A stretch of 64,000 nt of DNA from Scyliorhinus canicula. Its lineage: Eukaryota. Below, one piece after another: positions 13,655 through 26,709 of the stretch. Positions within the stretch are counted from its first letter, which is position 1, and the number at the start of each line of letters is the position of its first letter. The stretch covers positions 192,920,948 through 192,984,947 of the forward strand of contig NC_052154.1 of the NCBI RefSeq assembly GCF_902713615.1, in the 5' to 3' direction. The translations under genes were made by a program, and so were the position numbers. The notes under the pieces were generated by a model. It made no database searches. It was not told the origin of the DNA and saw only the letters and a program-made list of their open reading frames with translations.

Positions 13655-16600
13655 TTTAAAAAAATATATTTTTATTATGCTTTTGTCATTTTAAACAAAA
13701 ATACAAGCAGTAACCGTAAACTAAAAACAATAAACTAATCAACCTCCCCCTCTCAAGGCAAACACCCCCTGCCCCAAGCACCCTCTCTCCCCCCAAGCTA
13801 ACAGTGACCGATTCCTTGAAATACAATATAAATTGTATATCGATCAATTGACCCCCTCACAGCATATTTAACCTTCGAGGAGCAAAAACACCTCAAGTTC
13901 CCTAGCCACACCGAGGTACTAGGTGGCGTCACCAACCTCCAACTCAACAGGACCTGCCTCCGAGCAATGAGCAATCAATGAGGCGAAGGCAAGAACATCT
14001 GCCCCAGCACCCATCTGCAGCCCTGACAGATCCAAGACCCCAAATCTAGCCGCTAAAGGACAGGGCTCCAGCTCAATATTCAGGATCGCCGACATGCAAG
14101 AAACAACTTATTCTGGCTTATTGAGGTGCACCCTAAACACTACCTTGAGTTGGACCAGGCTCAACCTCACACACAATGATGAAGCATTCACCCATGGAAG
14201 AGCTTCACTCCACTTCTTCCTCCATTTTGGCCTTCTTCCCTCTGCCGAGACCAAATCCTCCCCTAAAATCCGTCCATATATACCAGGCGTACGACTCTCA
14301 TCCAACCCCTCTCCAGCAAGGATTCTCGCCAGCAAGGAAGATGGCAATGCCTCTGGGAATGACGGAAACATCCATCTAACAACATTTTGTATCTGGAGGT
14401 ACCTGAAGAGTCCGGGGCCAAGAGCCCAATTTCTCTTTCAATTCTTCCAGACTGGCAAACCGCCCCTCCAGAAATAGATTGCGCACTCTCTCCAGCCCCT
14501 TCCCACCTCAAATGTAGCGTCCACCCTTGCTGGCTCAAACAGGTGGTCAACCTTGACCCCAGCTTGAAATGTTGATGGAGTTGCCTCCATATTTTTAAAG
14601 TGGAGACATCAACCGGCTATGACGAGTACTTTGCTCCCGGAGGAAATGGAAGAGAGGCTGTCACCAGGACCCTCAAACTGGACCTTCTACACAACTCAGA
14701 CTCCATATGCACCCAGGTAGACCCTGGGTCCCCATGTCAGCGGCCCAGTAATAAAATATCAAATTTGGCAGTGCAAGGCCCCCCGACTGTCTGTCCCTTT
14801 GTAGAACACCCCTCCGAATCCTCGGAGCTTTCCCCGCCCTGATACCGAAAGCTCGTCCGGACAGGTAAAAAGACAGTACCTCCAGACAGACTCCTTTCCC
14901 TGGAGTGTGGACTCGCTCTTCTCTAAATTGAACTTGTTTCCAGAGAAGGAGCCAAAGCTCTTCAGTTTACTCATTATGTCTCCCGTAGCTGGCCCCGGAT
15001 CCTTCCCATATAACAGAAAATCATCTGCATACAGGGACACATACCACCCCTAAGTATCCCGCTCCACTTGTTTGAGGCCCTGAGGGCCATGGCCAGTGGC
15101 TCAATCGCTAAAGCGAACAGAAGGGAAGAGACATAGGACACTCCTGCCTCGTCCCCCCGTGCAACCGAAAAGACCCCAGCCCCTCCGCCCACTCTGCCCC
15201 CGTTCACTAGCTTACTCCTTATTAATAGTGAGGTAGCCCCCACCCAGACTCGCAATCTCGCCGATACACCACCCCAAATCGCACTCCTTTGTTGTACAAC
15301 ACTGCCTTCACCTGTTGAAGGCCTCATGCCTCTTTGCCAACTCGGTTCGGATATCTTGGTAGATTCAAACTGCGTGTCCGTTCCAGTCAATATTATCGTT
15401 TTTCATGGCCCACTCCAGGCCTTGATCCACTATGGAGTTATGGAAGCGAATATTCACTGCCCGTGGTGGCTCATTCAGCCCTGTCTCTTGCTAGAGTGCG
15501 CGATGGGCGCTATCCACTATGGAGGGACGAACATGTCACTCCGCCCCTTACCAACGGAGAAGACATCTCCGAGAAGTACTCAGTTGGCCGCGAGCCCTCC
15601 GCTCCCTCTGGCAACCACACACAACCCGAGAGTCAATCGCCTCGACTCGTTTTCCAAGACCTCAACCTTTGTTTTTAGATTCTTGTTCCTCTCTGCCATA
15701 AGCAGTATCTCAGCTTCTAGCAAAGCGAGTTGCCCCTCATGCCGTGACAAGGCCTCCTCCGCGCCCTTCAGCGTCAGGCCTTGCTCCTTCACAGCATTCG
15801 ATGTCACAGAATCATAGAATTTACAGTGCAGATGGAGGCCAATCAGCCCATCGAGTCTGCACCAACCCCTAGAAAGAGCACCCTACTTAAGCCCACATCT
15901 CCACCCTATCTCAGTAACCCCACCTAACTTTTTTTGGACACGAAGAGCAATTTATCATGGCCGATCCACCTAACCTGCACATCTTTGGACTGTGGGAGGA
16001 AACCGGAGCACCCAGAGGAAACCCACACAGACACGGGGAGAATGTGCAGACTCCGCACAGACAGTGACCCAGCGGGGAATCGAACCTGGGATCCTGGAGC
16101 TGAGAAGCAACAGTGCTAGCCACTGTGCTGCCATGCCGCCCGTGCTACACTCATCACAAGGAGGCATGTTGAACAGAAAATATTGCGCATATCAACTTTC
16201 CCATCTTCCACATGAATATTTGGATCTTATGCAGCTGCTTTCGGATCGTGTCCAATGCCTCCTTGCTACCCTGCCTCCTAATGCCGCCTCCTCAATTGTG
16301 GCTTTGAAACGAGTCCTTCAACTCCGTTCCTTGCCAATCAAACTGTCTTCCATCTGCTTTCTGAACCCCTCTAGCTCCTGTGTCATCACCACAGCCAACA
16401 TGTCTACCGTGATGGGTGTGGCCACCTCCGCCATCTTCTCTCCCTCAGATTCCCTCGCCACACTACCTGCCCGGAGTTTCGTTCCAGTGAGCTTTTTCAT
16501 TGAAATTTATGACATAGCTCCGTCGACCAATCATTACCCAGTTCGGCCAGCTGAGTTTCAACACAAAAGCCCCCCGGGAAACAGGCAAAAGGGATCGAGA

Positions 16601-16655
16601 AACAAGGACCCTGGCGGGAGCCACTTTTCGTGCAACTTTCTCTCACATGCCATCA
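13655..16655 (-). mobile_element. Old, internally deleted L1 of a different subfamily (ORF1 and ORF2 remnants), interrupted by a SINE
   Basis: Remnants such as SLYADD, LFALAIEPLA, RLSLVQLKV and ORF1-like LENESRR; many frameshifts; boundaries approximate. Confidence 0.8.
15808..16145 (-). mobile_element. HE1-like SINE, CR1-type tail
   Basis: tRNA head, core and ATGGGC.GA.TGGCCT tail. Confidence 0.85.
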
Positions 16656-17703
16656 CCAGAGGTTCCTACTGGAACATGATTGATGACGCTACAGATTATT
16701 ATTAACCCAGGCAAGACCCCAACAAAAGCTAGGATACTGAGCAGAAATTCCAATATTTTATTTTAATCTTGTAAAGCTATGAGGAAAAGGTCTCCCACTC
16801 CAGGAGTGGTTGCACAAAGAAATAGAGATATGGTATATTACAACAAACTCTATTAGTAATGCAGTATTAAAATATCTTTAACATCACACCAGAAATAGCT
16901 TACAATTACCCCAAAAACAATGATACTCAATACGCTGAATACAATACCCATAATTGCCATCTTCATTCCCAAACAAGAAAAATCATCTCAGCTCTCAATC
17001 CACTGTTTAAATGCCTGCTTTCCCGAGATGTCTGGACAATCTACTTTGAGAAAGAAAGATCTTTTGACATTACTTTAAAGAAAATATCAGACTCCTGTCA
17101 GGCCCATGCAGAAACTCTGGCAGTATTCCTTCAGAAGCTGTTTCAACTTGTTTGTTCACCTTTCCAGCCACACTGCTCAGCTGTCTGCAGACGTATCTTT
17201 TAACTGAACTGCAGAGAGCAAACTGCTTGACTTCTGTTCACAACTTCATCTAGAACTCCACTGGCCTGCTTTCTGCAAAATGCCGGATACCTTGGCTCCA
17301 GCCAGTAACGACATCATCTTGCCAAGGTGAATTCTAATTAACTCTACAGGGAATCCCCTTATTCGAAACAAAACTGCATTAGCCCAAGAAAAACTTTACG
17401 ATGGCTTAATTGCACCACTGGCTCCCAAAACCTTTGCTGTCTTTCAAACTAGGAGCTTTTATAAACATGACTGCAGCAATCACACACACTAACCCAGGCT
17501 TTTAACCCTTACTGCACCAAATAACTGTAACACAATATAGCTGAAATTCCTACACTCATCACAAGATGGCATGTCCAACAGAAAGCTCTGCACACATCAA
17601 CTTTCCCATCCCCCACAAAAATATTTGGATCTCAGGCCTCGAGCGCTACACCACAAAATATTTCTAAAACTTTCTCAAGAACTCCATATTTCTGCAACTC
17701 TAC

Positions 17704-17781
17704 CTGGTCGCCCAATGAAGAGGTGTTGAATTTAAATCTCCACCCAGCTGGTCCACAATGGCGCCTTTTGAAACATAGTAT
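17704..17781 (-). CDS. ZDHHC13: ZDHHC13 exon 4 ([26 protein letters not shown])
   Basis: 78 nt, AG/GT, ankyrin TPLHWA motif. Confidence 0.95.
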
Positions 17782-17907
17782 CTGTGGATGAATTTTGGTG
17801 AAGTTAATACAATGCAAATATAAGTCATGCAAATTTGTATTGGGCTACTGTACAATTGAAATGTAAGAATGATAACATACTTTACGAAGAGAATGGACGG
17901 GACTTAC

Positions 17908-18030
17908 TTGACGAGCTCTATTCGGTTATTGATGGCTGCCCAGTGAAGCAATGAAACATTCTCTTTGTCAGGCCGTCTAACATCATAACCAGCTTCTATT
18001 AGCTCTTTACATCTTTCAATTATTCCGTAT
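17908..18030 (-). CDS. ZDHHC13: ZDHHC13 exon 3 ([41 protein letters not shown])
   Basis: 123 nt, AG/GT, ankyrin repeat closely matching ZDHHC13. Confidence 0.95.
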
Positions 18031-19849
18031 CTGGAAGTTCAAAACGGATTCTTTGTTAGAAAGGAAGGGGAAACAGAAGTGGATTGCACCTAAAGATTAG
18101 TTTCTTGCAAATAGAAGTTCATCCATAAATGTTGGCAATTATGAAATGGCACTTCCCAGCCCATTAGCTATTTTTGAAGTGTGGGCACTGTTGGGAAACA
18201 TACCAGCGGATTTGTGCACTGCAAAGTCCCACAACCTCCAATGAGCTAACTGACCAGGCAATCCAGTTTTGTGATGTTGGCATTAACTAGATCACCAGGA
18301 GAGCATTAAAAAAAAAAATTCATTCATGGAACGTGGGTGTCATGATCAAGGCCATTATTCATTGTCTAATCCCTCATTGCCTCGGAGGTGGTGACAAGCC
18401 GCTTTCTTGAACCACTGCATGCCTTGTGGTGGAGGTACACCTATGGTGCTGTTCAGGAGGAAGTTCCAGCATTTCAAACCAGTCACAGCAAAGAAACAGC
18501 TGATATAGTTCCACATCAGAATGGCATGTGACACGAAATTGCAGGTGATGTTCCCATGCGTCTGCAGTCAGGTGGCAGAAGTCATGCATCTGGAAGCCGA
18601 AGAAACCTTGGTGAGTTTTGCTATGCATCTTAAAGATAGTACATGCTGCAAACAACGTATATGGCTCCACTACCATGCAAAGATATCCCAAGACACTACA
18701 CAAAAGTGTAATCATAAAATCAAAGGAAATATTAAATAGGGTGACTTAAAGCTTCATGGAGAGCTAGGCTTTAGCAAAGTTCTTAAGAGTGAGGAAGGTG
18801 GAGAGACAACTGAGGGCAGCTGCCAAAGGGGGGTTGAAGAGCAAGGTAGCTGTACAAAATGCCAAAGTGAGGGTAGCAGGGTACCAGCAGTCCTGTGGTA
18901 CCAGTGAGAGTGCTAACTACTGTTGGATTAGGATCAAAATTATGCTGTTGATCTACTCTTATATTCATATTCAAGAAGGCAGAAGTGACTACTGCCCTGG
19001 CAGTGTCCTGGATTAAAAAATGGGTACCAAAGGTGAAAGTCAAAAAGCTAACTCGTAGTCCAAGCTAGTTTCCTTCTCTCTCCCACCTTTAATTTAAGTG
19101 AATTTTCAGAATCACAGAAAAATCCAGCGCAGAAAAGGCCGTTCAGCCCATCCTGTCTGCAGCGCCGCATGACAGGCAGCTGATCTGCCAATCCTAATCC
19201 CATTTGCCAGCACTTGACTCATAGCACCGAATGTTATGACGTGTCAAGTGCTCATGCAGGTACTTTTTAAAGGATACAAGGCAAACCGCCCCTACCACCC
19301 TCCCAGGCAGTACATTCCAGACCGTTACCACCCTCTGGCTAAAAAAGTTTTTTCTTCAAATCCCCCCTGAACCTCCTGTCCTTCACCGTAAACTTGTGCC
19401 TCCCTGTAAGTGACCTTTCAACTAAAAGGAACAGCTGGTCTTGAAAGAGAGATCAGTGCTAGATAATGGAACATCTTTGGCAACAAACCCATCTGGAAAA
19501 GGGTTGAACTTACTTACTCACCTCATGTATACACATCTTATATGCAGAGGGGAAATAGATACTGGACAATTTCTTAACATCTTGAAATTGCTTCCTGTGA
19601 GTCAAACTGCAAGAGAGGCAACTGCAATGGGTTTCATGCATTTTTTGGCAGTGGAGAGGCACCCTGGGGTAGAATTAATAGTCATACATTCTGTAAACAC
19701 AATTAACATGATGTGTTTTGTGAAGAACATCTTTAGTGACCTACATGAATTGACATCTTGTTTCTAGTGCACTAAATATAATTTAACGTGCACTACTTTA
19801 ATACTGCTCTCTTTATTATGGGAGCTCAACACCCATAAGCCTGCTTTCC

Positions 19850-20460
19850 AAAAATAATTAATTACGATATATGTAACCTGAAAGATTATCACGTGACTTT
19901 GTTACGATGCTTTCATACTGTGGTTTCCCACAACAGCTTACCGAAACTCACTATTGATGCTAATACATCAAATTACATTGAAGTGGCCTTGCTGTCATCC
20001 AGAGAGCAAGTGGGAATTAGCATTCTGAGCAGTCAATGCATCTCGGGTGTACAGCCAGCCTCTGAAGTGCAGATTCCACAAGTGCCGAATCACAGAACTC
20101 CCCCATTTAATTTGATTCCATACCAAAAGAATTGGATCACAGAATGCCCCAACTTGTGGCACTGGTAACTACATGCTTAGCATTTAAGTCACCATAAGAT
20201 ACTTTTGTTGATTGCACCTATAAGGGGAATACCATAATAATGACTGCGCCTACCTACCAATCAGTAACATGATGGTATAGCATTGCCGCCACCCATGACA
20301 TTCGTTTTATCACAGGTTGCCATTCAGAAGTGGAGAATTACAGAGAATACACTTTCACCACTCCATGAAGGTGCAGATGAGGTACCAAGTTGATTAATAG
20401 ATCCTACCGCCACTTACTTCAAAAGTGCTCATTCTAGACAGTTTCAAAAGTTTATAAACA
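19850..20460 (+). mobile_element. Possible highly decayed Gypsy pol remnant
   Basis: LTIDA...Y....LLS resembles the RNase H DAS.YG.GAVL motif; weak. Confidence 0.3.
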
Positions 20461-20747
20461 AAATAGCTGTGGTAACTTGACCACAAAAAGATGGTCAAAC
20501 ACATTCTGAAAGTTCAATTGACTTTACTTATACACATATTGAAATAACAGTACAACATAGATTCAGAAACTGGCAGTAGCTATACACAGGCCCCTCGTGG
20601 TAATACTAAAAACCTGCGCAAGCACGTGCTACCGATGACGTTACTCACGTAAGCTCACACTTGCTAAAGATGTGCGTGTATATATAATCAAAAAGGAAAA
20701 TGCGTACTTTAACACTATAACAGTGGAAGAGAGTGATTACTGCAGTG

Positions 20748-20957
20748 CGGCACGGTAGTGCAGTGGTTAGCACTCTGCCTCATGGTGCCGAGGACCCGGG
20801 TTCGATCCCGGCCTCGGGTCACTGCCTGTGTGGAGTTTGCATATTCTCCTCTTGGCTCACCCCCACAACCCAAAAGGATGTGCAGATATAGGTGAATTGG
20901 CCATACTAAATTGATATTAAATTGGGGAAAAAAATTGGATCCTCTAAATTTATTTTA
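20748..20957 (+). mobile_element. SINE, A-tail type
   Basis: tRNA head and core; ~13-bp TSD AGTGATT(A/G)CTGCA. Confidence 0.8.
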
Positions 20958-21317
20958 AAGAAGTGATTGCTGCAAAATGGAATGCACTAAATTGCAAACT
21001 CAGAGATATATGTTAATTTTTGTTGAGGTGTTAGGAGAGAGGAATAAGCCCTCTCATCACCCCACCCCACCGTTTCCTGTGGCATCACAGAGTGGGATAG
21101 ATTATTCTGTTAAGGTTGGATGTGACCATTTGTTTCCACATTTGGACGATAATTTGTTTGCTTGAGTATTGGAATAGAAGCTCATGCCAAGTCATATATT
21201 CAAATACTGAACAGAGATTTAAAGTTATCCCCCATACTATTTCCTCAAGTTGAAGGTTGTAAGCAGCAGAACCATTAGGGGACAGAATTCAGTGAAATAG
21301 TACTGTCTCATTATCAT

Positions 21318-22044
21318 GGCCCAGATTTTCGGATTCTAAAACCTGAGTGCTTAGGGTCACAATGGCTTCAGGGGTTCTGGTGAGCGAGTTACCTTTGAAA
21401 CCAGAATTTTCAGTAACTCCGAAATGGCTCCGTGCAAACCCTCGCTAAATGGTCCACTTGGAATATGACACCACGTGAACTTTGGGCTGCTTTATTTTTG
21501 TAAACACTGATTTACTTTGAGCTGACTCTAGCCTGCTCAGGAATGCAGCTCCAAGTAAATCAGGTGGTGTCACTCAACCACCCCATCCCTCTCCCCGCAA
21601 CTGCTCGCAGACCCCGCCCTGCCGGTGCACGCAGTTCCCTGCCCCAACAAGGCTCACCCAAACCACTGACAAGGCCCAATGGCCATCCCTCAACAACGTT
21701 CACCCCGCCCACACCCCGGCTCCTTATGTGGGATCTCTGCCTCCATAGTCCGGCCGATGTTGGACCGGAGTTAAATTGCTGTGAGGTAGGATTGTAACCT
21801 GCCTCAAAGACAAGTCAATTCAAACCCCTGAAATTCAATGAGCTGAGGAAAGATTTCAAGAGGCCTGCCTTCAGTTCATGATGAAGTGGTTTTGCTAAAG
21901 TTGCGCTTCACAGCAGGGTCTCCGGACGCACCTCATTGTGGATTCGGAGCTAGGACAGGACAGTTCAAAAACTCCAGAGTTAAACGGTACGGGCACAGTT
22001 TCTAAAGGGGTCAGCGGTGTGCTCCCACTGGGAAAATCTTGGTC
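21318..22044. mobile_element. Old MITE-like element
   Basis: Imperfect TIR GGCCCAGATTTTC / GAAAATCTTGGTC (11/13). Confidence 0.45.
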
Positions 22045-22538
22045 AATATCAACTTTAATTGTTTGTATCGCATCTTAAGCTTAGGCGTTTAGCTTTGGAT
22101 GATCTTCCAGAAACTTACTATTTGCAGGGGTTCAGCCGAGTTCGGATCATTTTACACTGAATACACTGATTTTTCGACCATTCATAACCTCACTCTATCT
22201 AGTCCTTGCTACATTACTGCTAGTCACATTTCAGTCTTGGTCCAGTATGTAAAGAAGTTGCAACAGATATTTGGTGCTGGATTGTGTGAAGACCTATAAA
22301 AGAATTCACAGAAAGATTCAGCTCTCAAAATGAAAACAGCTTTGCAATCTTGAGAGATGGGGGAAGCACCCAGGAAAGTGGATTCAGCCAAAAGATCAGC
22401 CTTGATTGTACTGAATGCCGGAGCAAGCTCAAGGAGCCAGATGGTCTACTCCTGCTCTTACTTCTTATGTAATGTTCAGACAACCATATTACTGACGGCT
22501 TACACGCTAGGCAATGCTAGCACGCCTACTGCACTTAC

Positions 22539-22711
22539 TGTGTGGCTTTTATAATATCCCAGTTGCTGTAATCTTCCATGAAAGCAAGATCACTGTGATG
22601 TTCATCGGGGCTTGCAGCTTGATCGGACTTGTTGTACAGCTCCTCTCTGCTGTTACCTTGAGATTCTTGTTTATGTGGTTCATGGTGCTCATGAGGGCAG
22701 TTGAGTTGACA
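22539..22711 (-). CDS. ZDHHC13: ZDHHC13 exon 2 (CQLNCPHEHH...EDYSNWDIIKATQ)
   Basis: AG/GT boundaries, 173 nt open frame ending in the conserved ED.S.WDI.KATQ motif of ZDHHC13/17. Confidence 0.9.
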
Positions 22712-23328
22712 CTACAGATGAGACATATTAGGAGTAATGAGACAGTGAAATGACAGGGGAATTGGTCTCCTCTTTTCTGTCATGAACTGTATCCAACTGA
22801 AGACAGTTAACCAGTCCAATAAGTGAACGGTTTGTCTACTACCACTGCCTATCCCTCCTCCTTATAAGAACATGAATTACATTTCGCCCATCTTGCCCCT
22901 CCCACCCCAGCTGCACATATAAAAAGTCAGAACTGAACTCAAAAACAGGTACAAACCTACCACATTATGAATCCACATTATGAATACACATCATTGCTCT
23001 AAACAAATGATCTCTAATTTACTACTGATGGAAAGTGATCAAATTTAAATGAAAGAACAGCTTGAAACTTTGCCTGCATTTGTCCAATTGAAATATTTCA
23101 TGGTGGACGTAAACACAAGAATTCAGTCAGCAAACCAATGGAATTCTAAATTCTGCAGATTCAAATAATACAGAAAATATTTTGTAGCACCTGCAGTATT
23201 TTGCAAATCGACATTTAACCTCTCCTAATATCCCTGGTGAATACAAAATATTCAGGTTTTGTTTACCAGTCTCAGGTGCAACACCCTCTCCAAACTCAAA
23301 ATTTTGCTTAGAAAAGGACAAAAATAAG

Positions 23329-23540
23329 GAGGCACGGTGGTTTGCACTGCTGCATCACGGCACCAAGGCCCTGGGTTCGATCCTGGCCCGGGTCACTGTC
23401 CGTGTGGAGTTCGCACATTCTCCCCGTGTCTGCGTGGGTCTCACCTCCACAACCCAAAGATGTGCAGGGTAGGCGGATTGGTGGCACTAAATTGCCCCTT
23501 AATTGGAAAAAAAGAATTGGGCAATCTAAATTTATTTTTA
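23329..23540 (+). mobile_element. SINE, A-tail type
   Basis: 15-bp TSD AAAAGG(A/G)CAAAAATA. Confidence 0.85.
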
Positions 23541-24119
23541 AAAAGGGCAAAAATATTTCAACATCAACTGAAATGCCAGTGACAAAAACTGTAATTAACC
23601 TGGGTCATTTTCTATCAGTGGCAGCAAACCAGTTATACACGTGCTTAACTGGGTAATCACAATCCAAAAAGTGTTCTTCAACTTGTTACTTAAGTGTGCA
23701 TATAACAGCTCAGAATGATATACTGAATTTCTTTGTATCAACCTAACTCCACCTCAGCATTAGTAACAAGAACAGAAATCAAACATACATCCAATTGTTC
23801 CACAACACAGCACACTCAAGCAGAATAGTTGTACCTTATACATATACTAAATTCTTTCATATGGAGTGCAATAGGAACAGGCTGCATGACATCCAGAACT
23901 CTCCTGAGACAACCTGAATTAGATAAACTCAAGTACTTCCACTTGAGCTTTCTTTTCAAGTTGGCACCCTGTTAAATTCTCTATTCCAGAGCCAAAGCAA
24001 GTCAGCTGCTCTTTGAGCTTCCCACCCAAAGATCAGAGAAAGTCACATTTCTTTCCAGCCTCTCCACCCAGACACAGGGGATTAGGTCCTCTACCCCAGC
24101 AGCAAATACAAAGTGATGG

Positions 24120-24850
24120 GGTGCAATTGTGAGGTCATGCATTTTGGTCGGAAAAATGGAAAAGCAACTTATTATCTAAATGGGGAGAGACTTCGGGGTG
24201 TTCCGATGCAGAGGGATCTGGGTGTCCTCATGCATGAGTCGCAGAAAACAAACAGCAGATAGTAAGGAAAGCAAATGGCATGTTGGCATTTATAGCAAAA
24301 GGAATTGAGTATAAAGGTAAGGAAGTATTGCAACTATACAAGGTATTAGTAAGACCGCACCTGGAGTATTGTGCAGTTTTGGTCCCTTATTTGAGGAAAG
24401 ATGTAGTGGCATTGGAGGCAGTTCAGAGAAGGTTCACTGGATTGATTCCAGAGATATGGGGTTTGTCGTATGAGGAAATTGAACAGTTTAGGCCGATACA
24501 CTCGAGTTCAGAAGAATGGGAGGAGATTTAATTGAGGTATACAAGATGCTGAAACGTATGGATCAATTAGACGTGGAGCTAATGCTTACTATTGTGGGGC
24601 ATTCTGAAATGAGAGGTCATAATCTTAGAATAAGAGGTAGCAAATTTAAAACAGATTTGAGGAAAAACTACTTCTCCTAAAGGGTTGTGAATCTGTGGAA
24701 ATCACTACCCCAGAATGCGGTGGATTCAGGGACAGTGAGTAAATTTGAGGAGTTGGACAGATTTATAATTGGTAAAGGGTTGAGGGTTATGGAGAACTGT
24801 CAGGAGGGTGGAGTAGAGGGCAGGATGGGATCAGCCATGATCACATTGAA
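24120..24850 (+). mobile_element. CR1 LINE 3' fragment
   Basis: LYKVLVRPHLEYC and related motifs, frameshifted. Confidence 0.85.
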
Positions 24851-25739
24851 GTTGTTTAGGCTTGGGAGGCTAAATTGCCGACCCACTCCTAGGTCAGGTG
24901 TTCTAGGGAGGAGATGCTCTAGTCTAGCTGATTTTGCAATCCAGCTCTTGGTCTGTAACATTGTAGGTAGCAATGATTTGGAGATGTTGGCATTGGACTG
25001 GGGTGGGCACTGTAAGAAGTCTTACAACACCAGGTTTAGTACAGTGGGCTAAACAACTGGTTTGTAATGCAGAATAAGGCCAGCAGCGCGGGTTCAATTC
25101 CCGTACCGGCCTCCCCAACCAGGCACCGGAATGTGGCGACTAGGGGCTTTTCACAGTAACTTAATTGAAGCCGACCTATGACAATAAGCGATCATTAAAG
25201 TCCAACAGGTTTATTTGGAATCACTAGCTGTCAGAGTGCAGCTCCTTCATCAGGTACACTCAGTTGGACTTTAAACTGGTGTTGCAAGACTTCTTATTGT
25301 AGGTAGCAGATGAGGAACATATCAGCCATGATAGAATGGAGGAGCAGACCCAATGGGCTGAACGGCCTAATTCTGCTCCGATCTTTTGTGAATTTATGAA
25401 TCAGGATGGGGGTGAAGTGCTGAGGGCCTCAGACACCACCCACTCTCCCATATACGAGGTGCACTGACTCCCATCTTTCCCAACCTCTAGGGTCCTTCTT
25501 ATCACCCCAGGAAACTGGAGTTCAGGCCACAACCAGATCGGTCATCATCGTACAGAATGGCAGAGCAGTCACACGGAGCCTAATGGGCAACTCCTGCTCC
25601 TAAATCCCACATTCTTCTCCCTCAGTCTTTTGCGTCACAATCCCCCTCCCTTCATCCCCGTCCTCACCCCTGCTGTACCCTCACCCACAATTCACCTCTG
25701 CCAGCAATCACCCAAACGCAGTCCCCCTCTGCCAGCAAT

Positions 25740-26640
25740 CCCCATCCAGACTCGCCGCAGTCCCCTCCCCTCCAAACCCTCCTCCGTCAATCCCCTCCAA
25801 ACCCTCCTCCGTCAATCCCCTCCAAACCCTCCTCCGTCAAGGGGCTGTTTAGCACACTGGGCTAAATCACTGGCTTTGAAAGCAGACCAAGGCAGGCCAG
25901 CAGCACGGTTCGATTACCGTACCAGCCTCCCCGAACAGGCGCCGGAATGTGGCGACTTGGGGCTTTTCACAGTAACTTCATTGAAGCCTACTCGTGACAA
26001 TAAGCGATTTTCATTTTTCATTTCAATCCCCTCCCCTCCAAACCCTCCTCCATCAATCCCCTCCCCTCCAAACCCTCCTCCATCAACCCCCTCCCCTCCA
26101 ACCCCTCCTCCATCAATCCCCTCCAACCCCTCCTCCATCAATCCCCTCCAACCCCTCCTCCATCAATCCCCTCCAAACCCTCCTCCATCAATCCCTCCCT
26201 CCAAACCCTCCTCCATCAATCCCCTCCCCTCCAAACCCTCCTCCATCAACCCCCTCCCCTCCAAACCCTCCTCCATCAACCCCCTCCCCTCCAAACCCTC
26301 CTCCATCAATCCCCTCCCCTCCAAACCCTCCTCCATCAATCCCCTCCCCTCCAAACCCTCCTCCATCAATCCCCTCCCCTCCAAACCCTCCTCCATCAAT
26401 CCCCTCCCCTCCAAACCCTCCTCCATCAATCCCCCTCCCCTCCAAACCCTCCTCCATCAATCCCCTCCCCTCCAAACCCTCCTCCATCAATCCCCTCCCC
26501 TCCAAACCCTCCTCCATCAATCCCCTCCCCTCCAAACTCTCCTCCCGCAGCCCCCCCAATCCTCTTCCACACAACCCCCCTCCCCTCCAAATCCCTCTGC
26601 ACCGCAATCCCCTCCAAATCCTCCTGTCAATCCCCTCCCA
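25740..26640. repeat. 30-bp minisatellite (ATCAATCCCCTCCCCTCCAAACCCTCCTCC)n, interrupted by a short SINE at 25841-26023
   Basis: Near-perfect units at 26190-26540, degenerate edges. Confidence 0.95.
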
Positions 26641-26682
26641 GCCCGCAGTCTCCTCTCTCTGACAGTCTCTCAGGGTGTTTAC

Positions 26683-26709
26683 CTCAGGGCCGCTGTCGGC
26701 CCACTCCAT
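26683..26709 (-). CDS. ZDHHC13: ZDHHC13 coding exon 1 (MEWADSGPE)
   Basis: ATG in strong Kozak context (AGGATGG), 9 codons then GTAAAC donor; lies in CpG-rich DNA; phase 0 matches the next exon; human exon 1 also encodes 9 aa as I recall. Confidence 0.8.

Noticed and set aside
15911-16167. Recurrent short ORFs (GHCLCGVCTFSPC, CGRKPEHPEETH) and tRNA-like boxes
   Set aside because: SINE translations and tRNA-derived heads, not genes or tRNAs
3752-26709. Assignment as ZDHHC17
   Set aside because: Exon 4 is ambiguous, but CKEL, VSLL, FQHMPI, GPEPT and the 9-codon first exon fit ZDHHC13
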